Source: Macrostomum lignano (Eukaryota). From it: 64,000 nt of DNA. A model generated the notes under the pieces. The model had not been told where the DNA came from. It ran no database searches and saw only the letters and a list, made by a program, of their open reading frames with translations. Position numbers and translations under genes: made by a program. Location: contig NIVC01000779.1 of NCBI GenBank assembly GCA_002269645.1, positions 1-64,000 on the forward strand, written 5' to 3'. Positions 1 to 12,800 of this stretch are shown here, piece after piece (position 1 is the first letter of the stretch; each line of letters opens with the position of its first letter).

Positions 1-1673
1 AAACTATTCGGGTTCACTCAAAAAGTTTTAAAGAAAATCTGCGAAGCCTGTAAGTATCCTACGAATGGCCGTGACAAACTTTTCCTTGATGAGAAAACTC
101 TCGATCTAGTGCCTCCAAGCATGAGACCATCACCCGGAGAGATCCATGCACTAATGTGAGAGAGAAGCGACAGAAGCGTTATCTGACGACAACAGTCGGG
201 CGCTGTACAACAAATTCATGATTGAAAATCCAAACGCCAAGATCAGTTGGCAACCTTTTACCGATGGAAGCCATGGCATCTGGTAAAGCCCCGCTTGTGC
301 GATCGCAACCTCTGCATGTGCATGCAGTGCACAAACTTGGAGCTGCTGGCAAAAGGCATGCACTCGGCAGGGCTGACCATCACCACCAACTTGCGTGATC
401 TTCTAATTTTGATTGTCTGCTCTGACAAGTCAAATGCCTGCCTTTTGCGACAGTGCAATAAGAGTGTAAGAAGTCGCCCATCACTTCTACGGCAGCAAGT
501 AAGTCGGAGGTGACATTCCACGCGTGGCGACCACGGACTGGCGGCCGTAGTGGCGTTGAAGTCATCCGGGAGACTCTGAAGAGTGAGGACGCTGTAAAAA
601 TGTTCCAACAACACCTGGAAAGATTTGCTGGTCACCTGATGCGGCTCAGGAACAGTATTTGTGATTGTCGTCTAAAGTCGACGCTGGAGCCCGGACATCT
701 GGTGCTTCACGTCGATTTTCGGAAAATTACGGCGCCAAGTATTAACAAGGAGGTGCAGGCGACCCACTTTGGGGACCAGGAGCAGATTGTAATTCACCAG
801 GGCGTTGCGTACATAGCAGGCCAGTCACGCGCGCCTCTTGTATCCATATCTGGTGAACGCCAAAAGACTGCTGATGCTATTGCCGCTCACCTGCAACAGT
901 TATCCGCTTTCAAGCAGAAGTTTCAGTGACATGGGAACGCCACTTACACGCATCTCTGTAATCTTGGATTCACCATCGAGCCAGTACAGAAGTTGTAAGA
1001 TGGTTTATATATTCCATCGGCTGCTACTCCGCTTAGAAATTTTTAACTGGCATTGGATATACACAGAAGCAGGGCACGGCAAAGGTGCGGCTGACGGAGT
1101 CGGTGCTGCTGTGAAGCGCCGCTGTGACCTTGTGGTGGCAACACGCAGCAACGTTGTGACACCAGAAGATGTCTTGGATGCTATTAAGACTGACAATGCA
1201 CTGAGAGTGCTGACGTGGCACGTAGAAGCTCGCGACATCAACGAGTTCACGAATGTGTTGCTCATGCTGAACCTGAATGAAATGCCCGGGGCTTCAAAGA
1301 TGCACCACGTCTGGAAGTCTGAGCGAGGTATTGAATACAGGGACCTTTCGTGCGTCTGTCCAGCATTAGTATCATGCACGTGTGACGAGCCGAAGGTTTG
1401 GGAGCCGCTCAAAACAGCAGTATCGACTCGGCTAATGCTAATGCTGATGCTGCTGCTGGGAGTGATGCGCGTCGAGGTCGAAGCAGTGGACGTGGTCGTG
1501 TCCGTGGACAGGGCCGTAGACATGAAGGGGTGAATAGCCATGCAGCTACAGAAGTTGAGGTATGTGAGGCGGATGTCTGCCTAAAACCAAATGATGCAGT
1601 GCTACAGTGGATCCAGTGCGATGGCTGCGGCGCAAGTCACATTGTGAATGTGCTGGCTTTCCCCAAAAACTAA
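1..1673 (+). pseudogene. Frameshifted DDD/E cut-and-paste transposase (Sola-like, tentative) with C-terminal PHD-finger remnant; 5' end outside the window
   Basis: Stitching + frames gives KRYL..T..ALYNKF.IENP.AKIS / ATFYRWKP..RNLCMC..CTN, VDF(SENY..KY)NKEVQATHFG..Q..IHQGVAY, ILDSPSSQYR, WIYTEAGHGKGAADGVGAAVKR, an RG-rich linker and C..DVCLKP..VLQWIQCDGC..SH. At least 5 frame switches (~250, ~510, 716-743 compensating pair, ~925, ~1430). The family name is from recalled motifs and needs an HMM check. Confidence 0.75.
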
Positions 1674-4600
1674 AATTTTGTCCGGAGCATACTTTTGCTC
1701 AGTTTCATGCGCCGTAGAGCCATAGTGTTTTTTACTTGCATGTGGACAATTTGCCAGCTAATGCCAAAGCTGCCCTTCCTTGGAACAGATCTCACAGGGA
1801 ACACGACTTACATGTGAGTAAAATTTGCTTTTGGTGTAATTAAGAATTCAGCAAGGCGGTAGGCGCATTTAAAATGGCGTGTACAATACTAGCAAAGAGT
1901 GAGAACCATGTGTAGTACATGTCTGCCGCAGAATTCTCAGAGTATACTTTATATTATTCTGAAAACATTATAACATGGGGCTGTAAGTCTTAGCCCCACA
2001 TGGTCCTTATGTTATTTCACAAAAAAACATACAAATATCACATCACAAACCATCACAAAAGAAGGGGGTTTAATCCCACTTATTGTTACCAAATTCCTTA
2101 GGCGACTGGGGTTTTCCAAGAATTGTGGGGAGAATTTCTATTTCTAATAAGAGTGTACTTTAAGGACATTGGTAGCGTTTCAATGCCCGAGCAGTAAGAC
2201 ACTGCATGTTTATATCTAAATAGTAAGACATCCTACGAGTATTTATGACTGGAATTAGCTAATTAGGATAGGAACAAGGCGGCGGACTAAAGTTGCCTTG
2301 AAAAACAGGACGCACTACTTTAGGGGACTCTATTGCCTAATAGGGAATACCGGTGGGGAATGATAGGGTGCTATTGCTGGATCGAACGTCCTTTAGAGAG
2401 GAGGGCAGTACGCCTAATAGACAGGAGATCTTGGAGATAGACAAGACGCCTGGTAGACAGTACATCTGGGGAATAGGCGGAACGCCTGTCAGAAGTCTGG
2501 GGGATTAGGCAGGACGCCTGTAGGTCTGTACTGTACACCATGGGGGAGAAAAATGTGGCAACACGCCCACTATATTGAACAAAATGTTTTTCTGGGAAGA
2601 GGGACAAAACGACCAATGAAATAAAGAGCAATGACTTTTTATTTTCAGAACAAAAAGTAGACACTCAAATGAGGCACGAGTCCAAGGCAAGCAAATGGAG
2701 CAATTGCAGGCAATTCCGAAGTTGGTTTCCATTATATTTATTTTATTTTATTTATAGCAAGAAAAGTGGGGTCGATGGTGCTGGATACATTAAAACAAAA
2801 TAGTGTGCTTTATAGTATTAGTGCTTTTTCAAAAAAGTTCGATTACTAAAAGTTATAAAAAATGTGAAAAAATTAAACTTTATTTGTACATAATTTGTAT
2901 GGTTTTAAATAGAGATATACTACTCGTAAAAAGAAAGTTACTGATGCAAAACTATACTATTTGAAAATATACATAATGTTTGTTTAGAATATTAATTATA
3001 TGTGTAAAATATTTTTTGAGATCTACATAGCATTTATGGAATAGAATAACTATTCCATTTAGTTTCATAAGCAATTTTGCTCTTTTTTCTTTTTTCTTTT
3101 TTCATATGTTATCATTTTCATGAAATTATTGTGTGTAAAATTATGCTGTACTTCTGTTTGTACTACTTTTCATTTAAAAAAAACAAATTCATGTTACTGT
3201 TATTGTTTATTGTTTTTTCCAGATACCATTCGTCAGTTTAAGATGTAGGTTTTTAATGCATTTATAAATTATAAAAACAGTGAAATTTTATATTTTTGCT
3301 TGTAAAACACATACACGACTGTAAACCGGGCACATTTTTTTTGCCTGTGTTAATATTAACAACAAAGACTACATGAGGCTTCTGCTCATTTAAACGATAT
3401 AATTTCTTACTAATAAATATTAATGAATTAGTAAGGCCCATTCTTACATTTTTGAATTAACAGATGTTAAATAGTTAAATGCAGTAACGGCTTGATTACT
3501 ATTATACAAGGTAGACGAAAAGTACTGCACAAATGACTACACTTAGTTAATGTTATAACGCAGTTTGAAAAGTCTCCTTAGAACTAAAGATAACTTTCTG
3601 AAACAAGTGAAAAGATAATATGCGTTATACACGTCCACTGCCATCACCAAAAAATTGAGCTGGCTGATCTAAATTAAAAACCGTATAGTGTAATCAATTT
3701 TGACAGTATAACAAACACTAATATAAATAACACGATTTCAAAGTGTTATTTGTACTAAAGTTATTTTTAACTTCATTACAACATATTTTTTATAAATTTA
3801 ACATTATTTCCTATTGATTCTAGCTCTAGTTTTTAGACAAGTGCGGTGTTTTTTTACGTAAATAAACAAATGCCGATTCACTTGCAAAACCAGAATTTCT
3901 TGTGCTTTTAATATGATATTTCTAACACTTGTAAGCACTTTAACCATTTTTTCTTAAAAAATAAACTATTTACTTATTTAAAAAAATTGCCCACAAAAAA
4001 GGAAAAAGTTTTGAGAATGACCCACCATGTAAATAGTACTGTCATTATTTGCATGGTAACTAAAATAAATACTAGTTTTATATATTGTATATTACTTATA
4101 GCTATGGTCCAATTACATTTGGTCACAAATCCATTCTTTTGAAGGTGAATTAGTTGCATTATTGTTTGTTTCTTTTGAAACACTATTTGTACTTTGCATT
4201 ATTAATAGTATGAGCTAACTAATAAAAAATGCTAAGCTATAAACACAAACAAATAAATCAAGCCTAAACTCCATTTACTGGCTTTAGTAAGTTTAAAGTC
4301 TATTATGAAAATAAAAGATACTGGGACAAATATTGAGAAGTCCTTGTCCCTGATACTGATAAGTGATAAGATAACTATTTATAAGGTATTTACCTTAGTT
4401 ACAGTGTAAATAACACCAGCAATATATACATGGTACCGTGCAAACAACGACTGCCTAAATATAGAATGCCAATTCAATCATAATGCAAGAAATTTGTAAC
4501 TGGTAATTGCCAATATTTGCCTGGGCCTACCTACCCTGCTGCTGGTTAATTTTGTAGCCACATGCAGTTTGGATCATGGAGTTTGAATGCTAAACAGGCT

Positions 4601-7600
4601 ATAGTCAATCTGGAGACAAATAACCAACTGCAGCCTGACGAAAAAAGGTAAAGTGTAAAAAGTTACCCAGATTTTTGCAAAAAACGTTACCTGAAAATTT
4701 TCTATAAAATATGTTGTGAAACTTGATAAAAACTGCGGTCTCTGTTAAAAAAGCTAATAAATAAAAATGTACTAGTAAAATGTGATCTTAATTTTTATTT
4801 CTGGCTGAACCAGTAAAAAGCAAGGTAAGACTTTACCCAAAAAAACTTACCCGTAATTACCAGGTCCTTACCTGTAATTACCCAAACAAATAATGCTGCA
4901 ATATTGTTTATTTGTTTATGCTTTTAAGGCATCTATCCTTAAGTAAGCAGTAAAAGTTGGCAATAAGAAGTCGAAGTACTCCCACTTTTGTTTAAATTTA
5001 TTGTGGTTTTTGAAAACTAGCACCGAATTAAATGTTCAAAGACCTTCAGGACCTCCAGAAGAATTTTAGTGCCTAAATGCAATCATAAAAATGGACTTTT
5101 TTCCCTAGTGTTCTTTTCTGTCTCTCTCAATGACTCTGTGCTTGTACTAGCTAGAGATATACAAAATAAATATTATGCATTTGACTGTATTGTATTATAT
5201 TATCTAGGTTTAGAATTTTCACCAAGCATACTCCTTTGCCTGGTGAAACCAATAAGTATATTTGTTTGGTTTGAAAATTAAGGTACATAGATAAAGGTTT
5301 ATTACCTCTTTTCAATAGCTTCTTGCATCTCTTATTACTATAAACAACAAAACCATTTGCAATGGTACCTTGGTTACCTAACATAACTATTTTGTTAAGA
5401 AAGTCTATACAGTATTCTATATTCTATATATTCTATATAGTACTCTATACAATAAGTTTTAAGCATTTTTAGCTAGGATCAATCTAAGTACTTACAGTAC
5501 TGGGAGGAATATTTTCTATCTATATTTACTCATAAATTATTTGTTCCTACCTGTTTGAAAGATTTAACATTCAATTAACCCTTTGATATATGAGCTAAGC
5601 ATATAAGAAACTAATCTAAAATAGGAAAAATTTAAATGCACATTGAAATTCTAGATATATCATATATTCCATTGTTACCAGTTTAATTTTGTTCTTTTCT
5701 AGCTTCTAACTTTAAATTTAACTCCAACTCTAACTTCTAATAAGGATAATAATAAGTTATAACATTAAACTATTTATCATTTAGCCTTATTCAAATAAAT
5801 GAAAATATTAGAATCCCAATTCTTTACATAGTCTAAAAAGCAACATTAAATTTTATGCTTGTAAAACTTTGGTTGCACAAACCTTTATTAATTTTGAAAT
5901 AGCATTTAGTTAGCTTTTGAATAATTTTCTGTTTTCATGTTCCCACTTGACTGATGGTTCTGGGGGTCTGCTAACTCTATCTTGGTATCAAAAGTCACAA
6001 CTAGTAGGCTTTTTTATAGAATTTTCCTTCTACAAATAGCATCTAACACACATCCCTATCTCTCCCTTCCTTCTTTTGGATCTCAACATAAAAACGTTGA
6101 CACAAAATTTATGAAAGCTTGCTATCTTACATTGCTGTTCAAAATCCAAGGCTTTCAAAGTTCAATGGAGAAAGCCCTCTTTTTTGGCCTTAGACTTCTT
6201 TATTCGAAATTGGCAGACTCAGGCGCATTTGTTACTTTCTTTTCATGCATCAAAGAGTTGCTTTGTCCAAATCCGGAGACAAATAGACTAGTCTTTGTTT
6301 TAGATGAGTGCTGTTCAATCGATTATTCTCTATGCACTGTTTTTGCTGACCACTATTTTCACTTTCTTGGTAGAGAACATTTTATGTTTAACTTTGAAGA
6401 ACAGGCACGCAAAGCCAGTTTGAATTTGTCGATTTCTGCAGAGCAAACAGACTGCAATGTCAGCCATGCAATGGGATGTGTTTGGACAACTGGGTCTTTT
6501 AAGCCAGGCAGACTTGGAAAGTTTTGATGCAATATTGTTGGAGATAAGCAAAAACTGGTCTGAACATGGAACATTTGGTAAAATGATAGCGTACTACATT
6601 CAGGTGCATATATACAAAAGACAAAAATAGTGGCTTTATTAAAGGATTTGTTAATCTCTACTTTCCCTGTTCCATAGTAGTAAAAAGGCATCTAAAAATT
6701 AAATATCTTCATGACCACATTGACAACATACATTAAATTGAAAGGTATACATGTAAGGGTGCAGGCACTGTCTATCCATGTTTCAATGATGCAGAATTTT
6801 TTATTATAAACATTTTCCCTTCACAGAATTCAGTATATTACGTCTTCCTAACATCCTGTAGGACAAGGCTGAAAAATTAAAGCAGAAGGCTAGCAACTTC
6901 AAACTGGCCCTCACCAGTATTGATTCATCAAGGCAACAATCTCAAGAGAGACTTAATTGGGAAATCAAGGCATTCTGAACTCGTCAATATCATTGCCTGC
7001 TGAGCAACACTCTGGTGGAATTCAAATCTTGTGTTCAGTTCGAGCTTAAGGCTGAGGAAGATGCCCTTCATGGAGTTGGTGACTACCATCTGCAACGAGG
7101 TTGGAGCTCGCACCTCGTTGCTAATGAAGATTAGCTGCATTTTTCTCCTGAGGAGAGAGCCAGTTGATAAAAACTATTCCTTGAACGACATAAGTAGTCT
7201 TTAAATGAAAATTTGTAGACACCTTAAAAATGCATTCATTCATTATGGAGAATAGAAGTGGAAGAGTTAAATTTACAGAATGAGACAAATGATTGAAATG
7301 ATACAATTGATGTTTACTGGTACCCTCGTAGCTTAATTTTTTAGTTCTGGTTTATCGTAGTTAAGCGAATATGACATAAACAATGAATAAGGGCTTATCA
7401 TTTCAACAGTTTATTCCTATTTTGAACTCACCATACTAGTGGTCTAGACAAGGGCCGTATCCAGATTTTTTGATGGGAGATTTATTTATTGTTTAGGGTG
7501 CCAGACACAGAGAATTGGTACTATGCTTGAATGAAGTTGAGGGTACATATATCCAAATCCTTCTTCGTCACAACCCCTTGTCGAGACCCATTTATACGGC

Positions 7601-8161
7601 TGTAATAAGTGAGTACATATTTTAAATTTAAGCTTCCGCGTTAAGAATTCAGTTTTGTCCCGGCAGCGGCAACACATGGGATGAAAAAAATCCCTCTCGC
7701 TTATGTTGACCCCCTCAAAAGCAGATAGGAGAAACTCTGGTCAGACCCGATGACATGCTCTTGGAAGTTAGGCCATGGGAGAATGATCATCCACTTATTG
7801 TGGCCTTTCCGTCTGCTGGGTGCAAAGGGCAGATGTGCAGGGCATGCTTGTGTCCTATTGTTACTACTTCTAAAATACTGCCACATTGTTCTGTTGTTGC
7901 TCATCTCGAACAGCATTTCCACTTGAGGCTGACCCAAGGCAGCAGCGACAAGCAGCATCTACATATCACTGCTGCAATGCGGAAAACATTTTACCACCTC
8001 TGCGCAAAGTGCCTCGTAAGGCGATTTGGACAGAAATTTTTCAGACGATGCGCGTTGAGTTTAGGCCAGATGCTGGGAAAGAATTTTCTAGTGTTAAAGC
8101 CGCATTCAATATTCATCATCCAGACCTATTGTAGATAGTCACTGAGTCCGATTCTACACTT

Positions 8162-8376
8162 GCTCTTAAAGCATGCCTATTTCTCAGTCTCATCTTGCAG
8201 ATGCTACCTGCCCTTAAAGCGTGCCTATTTCTCAGTCTCATCTTGCAGATGCTACCTGCTCTTAAAACATGCCTATTTCTCAGTCTCATCTTGCAGATGC
8301 TACCTGCTCTTAAAACATGCCTATTTCTCAGTCTCATCTTGCAGATGCTACCTGCTCTTAAAGCGTGCCTATTTTT
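8162..8376. repeat. 48-bp minisatellite, ~4.5 copies
   Basis: Unit GCTCTTAAAGCATGCCTATTTCTCAGTCTCATCTTGCAGATGCTACCT repeated; 16-aa periodic ORFs on both strands. Confidence 0.95.
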
Positions 8377-9242
8377 CTACCTTTAGTCAAAGATTTCAAC
8401 ATTACAACCATTCACTTGTGTGATGACGTATTTGCGATTATCTTGTACTCATATGATATATACGACAGACTACACTTTGATCAATTGTTTATCATGTGTG
8501 AAAAGTTAGTCAGATTCCTATAATAAGTTAGTGATTCTTTTTATACGCTACCTGAAGTTTTCTAGTACCCAAATGCCAATGCCAAAAAATCATATAGTTG
8601 GATACAGTTCCATTTTGATTTAAGACAATTTGTTGTTTCAACTGCCATCTCTAAGACCTATGACATCTAGCTTTCGCAAATTGTTACCTTGAAAGAAGGT
8701 TTTGTGTTTGCATTTTACAAATCAGTTGACCATTCAAACAGAATTTTTTGTGCAGCTATTTATTTCTCCCAACCTTTAAAACATTTATTTTATTTAACAT
8801 AATGCATAAAATGTCATTCCGTCTTACTGTTGTAAAGGAAGCAAAAAAGTCATTTGTTTGATTTTTATGGCAGCTTATTAGCCAATTTTAAGTAGAAAGG
8901 TACATTATAGCAAAGCTTTGCTTTCCTGACTTATGTCCACTCATAATTTGAGTATTGTAGGAGTCTACTGGAAGTCTGGCCTGTTGATTTTTTGTTTTTG
9001 TTTTTTGTTTTGTGATGAATTTCTTTTTATGAGGGATGTCCAAAAAGTAGTCATATCTTTGACCACAGACAAATCTGAAATGGCTATAGACATAGAAATT
9101 GAAAACCCATTTTTTTGCTTGCCAGTGTACTTGTATGTCTATTTAAGCTGCCATTTTAGTTGTGTGGTAACAGTTTGGGTATCCTAAAGAATAATCAGTT
9201 TTACTCAGCGATTACTTTTTGGACACCCCTCATAGCACAGCG

Positions 9243-9650
9243 CATAAGGGTTAGAGGGGCAGAGGAGAGGGTGATAACTTGACAGTGGTGGCTTGAAGGG
9301 ATAAGGAGAGAGGGTGAGCATAAAAGGGAAAAGGATGGGGTTAGAGAGGCAGAGGAGAGGGTGATAACTTGACAGTGGGGGCTTGAAGGGATAAGGAGAG
9401 AGGGTGATCATAGAAGGGAAAAGGATGGGGCTAGAGGGGCAGAGAAGAAGGTGATAACTTGACAGTGGGGGCTTGAAGGGATAAAGAGAGAGGGTGATCA
9501 TAGAAGGGAAAAGGATGGGGCTAGATGGGCAGAGAAGAAGGTGATAACTTGACAGTGGGGGCTTGAAGGGATAAAGAGAGAGGGTGATCATAGAAAGAAA
9601 AAGGATGGGGCTAGAGGGGCAAAGACGAGAGGGTGATAACTTGACAGGAA
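9243..9650. repeat. 90-bp purine-rich minisatellite, ~4.5 copies
   Basis: Recurring GGTGATAACTTGACAGTGGGGGCTTGAAGGGATAA; 30-aa periodicity in the minus ORF 9205-9591. Confidence 0.9.
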
Positions 9651-11518
9651 AAGAGGGTGGGGGTTCAACTAGAGGACATAGTAGGGCTAAAAGGGAAGAA
9701 AAGGTACTAAAAGAGGATGGAGGCTAGAGGGTAGGAAGATAAGGCTAAAAGAGAAAATATGGGGTTGGAAAAGAGAAAAAGTAAAGGCTAAAAAGGAAGA
9801 TGGGGTAAGGCTAGAGAAGACAGTGGTACAACAAGGGAGAGAGGGTGGTCATCCCCCCTTAGGCAGAGACTGGATCAAAGGGGAGACCAAGCAATTTTTT
9901 GCCAAAAACAAAGCCACTTCTTTATCTGTCTCCTGGGCCTTTACCTTTTAGAATCTCACTTTTCAAAAAATTTTATTGGGAAATGTTGCATTATTGGGAA
10001 AAGAGAATAGGCGCTTGAGGGAAAAAGTTAAAGGCTAGATTAGAAGAAAAAGTCAAGGCTAGAAGTTTATTATAACTTTTTATATATTGGCAATACATAG
10101 CTAATAGCTACTAGCTAGTCTATAGATTTTTCTATAGTTATAATTGTTAAGGAAAATTATTTTTAAATGTTTATAAAATTTTATAGTAACATTTATTAGG
10201 ACTATCATTTGGTTCAAATAAATTTCAACCTTGAAGGTGTCTAATAATAGTTAGATGAAATTTATTAGCAACTCAAATAAATAACTAGGCTTAGGCCTAA
10301 CACTTCATATTGATATTGACTTGTTAAAAATATGATAGTTTAAATATTATTTTTAATTATATTAATATAGGCCTAAATAAATTGGATTTACTATTGTAAA
10401 TATATTGAAATCTATGTAGAATTTCCATACAATACAGCATGCTCTTATCTTATTATGATTTAGGTATATTTCTACTTTAGATGTTCAAAAGACCATTTGT
10501 TGAAATATTTTAATGTAAATATATTATAAGATATAATATATAGGCCGGCATAGTTCTAGTTCTAGTTTACTGCGTTAAATTATTTTGCCTTCTATTCAAG
10601 GGTAGGGGGGTTGGAATATAACAAAGTAAACTAGAACTATGCTTATAGGCCTGCTTAGGCCTAATTAAAAAAGGAGTAAATTAATTTTAGAATCACAGAG
10701 AAAAGACACTATTATTATAATTATTAATATTATATTTAGAACACATTTTGATATAACATAAAACTAGGCCTATCTAGATATATAATGGGTATAATATAAT
10801 TACAAAAAAATAATCAATGAAATATAAAACTTTGTATTAGTTAAGTCTAGGTCTAAGAAATATAATAATAACTAGGTAGTTTTGATCTATTACCACTGGC
10901 ACTGTTATCATTACAGGCCTAGAAAGCTAATTAGGCTAAATAAGCAGTTGCATGTTTGCCCAAGAGACTAAACCATTTGAATTCATAGTAGTAGGGCCTT
11001 TGAGTTTAAATTCATTTAAATAATAAAAAATGGTTTGGAACTTTGGTGGTTATGTAAATTTCAAAGAAGTCTAGCTAAAGACAAAGTCTAAAGAGCAATA
11101 AATTATAAATAAATCTGTAAAAAATTGGCAATAGGCCCCTATTTAGCTAGTGGTAAAATTAAAGATTTAGGCCTATTTTAGGTCCAAAGTCAGTCCAACA
11201 ACATGAATAGGTCCATACCATAGGCATAGCCATAGGATAGAGGATATAGATATTATGCAAATTAAACTACATTACTGCATATAATAGAATTAGAATAGGT
11301 CTAGGCTAATGCCAAATTATAATATTAATAGGCCTATGAGTATGACTAGGTGAGGTGGGCAACTTCGTAGACTATTAATACATAGGTTATTAGCTAGCCT
11401 AGCCCTACATTTTTGCTAGGTAGAATGGAATTTTAGCTAGTAAGCTAGCCAGCATGGAATTATACAGTTTATAGATAGTTTCGTAACTAGCTCTCTAGCT
11501 TTTTTCTAAGAAATAATA

Positions 11519-11665
11519 TCACCCGTGTCAACTTCTACACAGGAGCCTCAAAGTGCTCAAAGGCATAATAATACGGGTAGAACTATCCATCGAAGGGTAT
11601 TTATTATCTGCCTTTAGGGCTCCCGTAAAGAGGTATTTTTGAGCCCTACGTTGTGACACGGGTGA
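11519..11665. mobile_element. 147-bp foldback MITE-like element
   Basis: 12-bp TIRs TCACCCGTGTCA (11519-11530) and TGACACGGGTGA (11654-11665); internal inverted segments AAAGGCA..ATAATA / TATTAT.TGCCTTT and GGAGCC / GGCTCC; TA-like flanks. Confidence 0.65.
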
Positions 11666-11689
11666 CTAAATTTAGATACTAACTAGCAA

Positions 11690-12800
11690 TCTACGCCCCC
11701 CGTTGGGGAGCCAAAGAAATGCAATACACGTTTTTTTAATAAGCTACATGTATCCTTGAAATCTTAAAAAATCTCCTGTCAAACCTTGTAAGCCTTGACA
11801 TGTCAGTAATTCCCCCCCACAAGCTTTAACATATCAACTTCCCCCCTTGAGCAATGCCCCCAATAAACCTTGGAAATCTAAAAATATCTGTCAACCTTCT
11901 AACCCTAACCCTAGCCTAACCCTAACCCTAACCCTAACCCTAACCCTAACCTAACCCTAAAGCATTGAAATTTCATTAATTCTCTCTAAGAGTCATTATA
12001 GCACTTCTACAGCATTATAGCGATTCCCTGCAAGCCACGACATCGTAGGGATTCCCAAATGAATCTCTTAACTTCGACATGAAGCTTCTTTTATTTTTTA
12101 CATTACGCTTTTTTATCAGCGATCCCTCCCCTGAGGAGGCATCAAATAATGTAATAAAAAGTTTTCAATAAACTACATGTAGCTTCTGACTTTAGCCTTG
12201 AAATCTCATTTATACCCCGTGAGCCTTGACATCTCAGCTATTCCCCCCCCGTAAGCCTTAACATGTCAGCGATGGCGCCCATAAACCTTGAAATCTGAAA
12301 AATCCCCTGCTAACCTTGAAACCCGATAAAATATAACCCTCAACCCACACCTGACCTAAACCTAACTTTAACCCAACCTAAAGCCTTGAAATCTCAGCAA
12401 TTCTTCTCCCCTAAGCCTTGACATTTTAGTGATTCCTTCTTTAAGAATAACAGCGCTATAACGATTTCCACCAAGCTTTGACATCGTAGCAATTCCCAAA
12501 TGAATCTTTTAACTTCGACATGACTTTTCTTTTATGTATACATAGTGCTACTTTTATTTTTTACATAACTCTTTTTCTATCAGCGCCTCCCCGTGGCGAG
12601 CCAACAAAGAATGCAATAAAAAAATTGAGTAAAGTACATGAACTTTGAATTAGCTTCTGACTTTTGCTTTGACATCTCAGAAACCCCCCCCCCCGTAATC
12701 TCAGTTATTCTCTGAGAGCCTTTACGTCTCAGTTTTTCTCCCCAGCACAGCATTATAGCTGCATTTAATTTTTCCATGACACCCTTCATGTCTGACATGA
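11690..12800. repeat. About 2.5 diverged tandem copies of a ~430-bp dispersed element carrying a telomere-like (CCCTAA)n tract
   Basis: Copies at ~11690, ~12115 and ~12578 share GCCTTGACATCTCAGCAATTCCCCCC and AACTTCGACATGA motifs; (CCCTAA)~10 at 11899-11960 and a degenerate equivalent at ~12335-12380; related fragments at ~22970-23040 and ~40080-40200. Confidence 0.7.

Noticed and set aside
7092-7121. Perfect 10-bp hairpin GCAACGAGGT-loop-ACCTCGTTGC
   Set aside because: About one such stem is expected by chance in 64 kb; no supporting context.
11899-11960. Chromosome-end telomere or fusion site
   Set aside because: Only ~10 units, single orientation, embedded in a repeated element that has a degenerate equivalent in the next copy.
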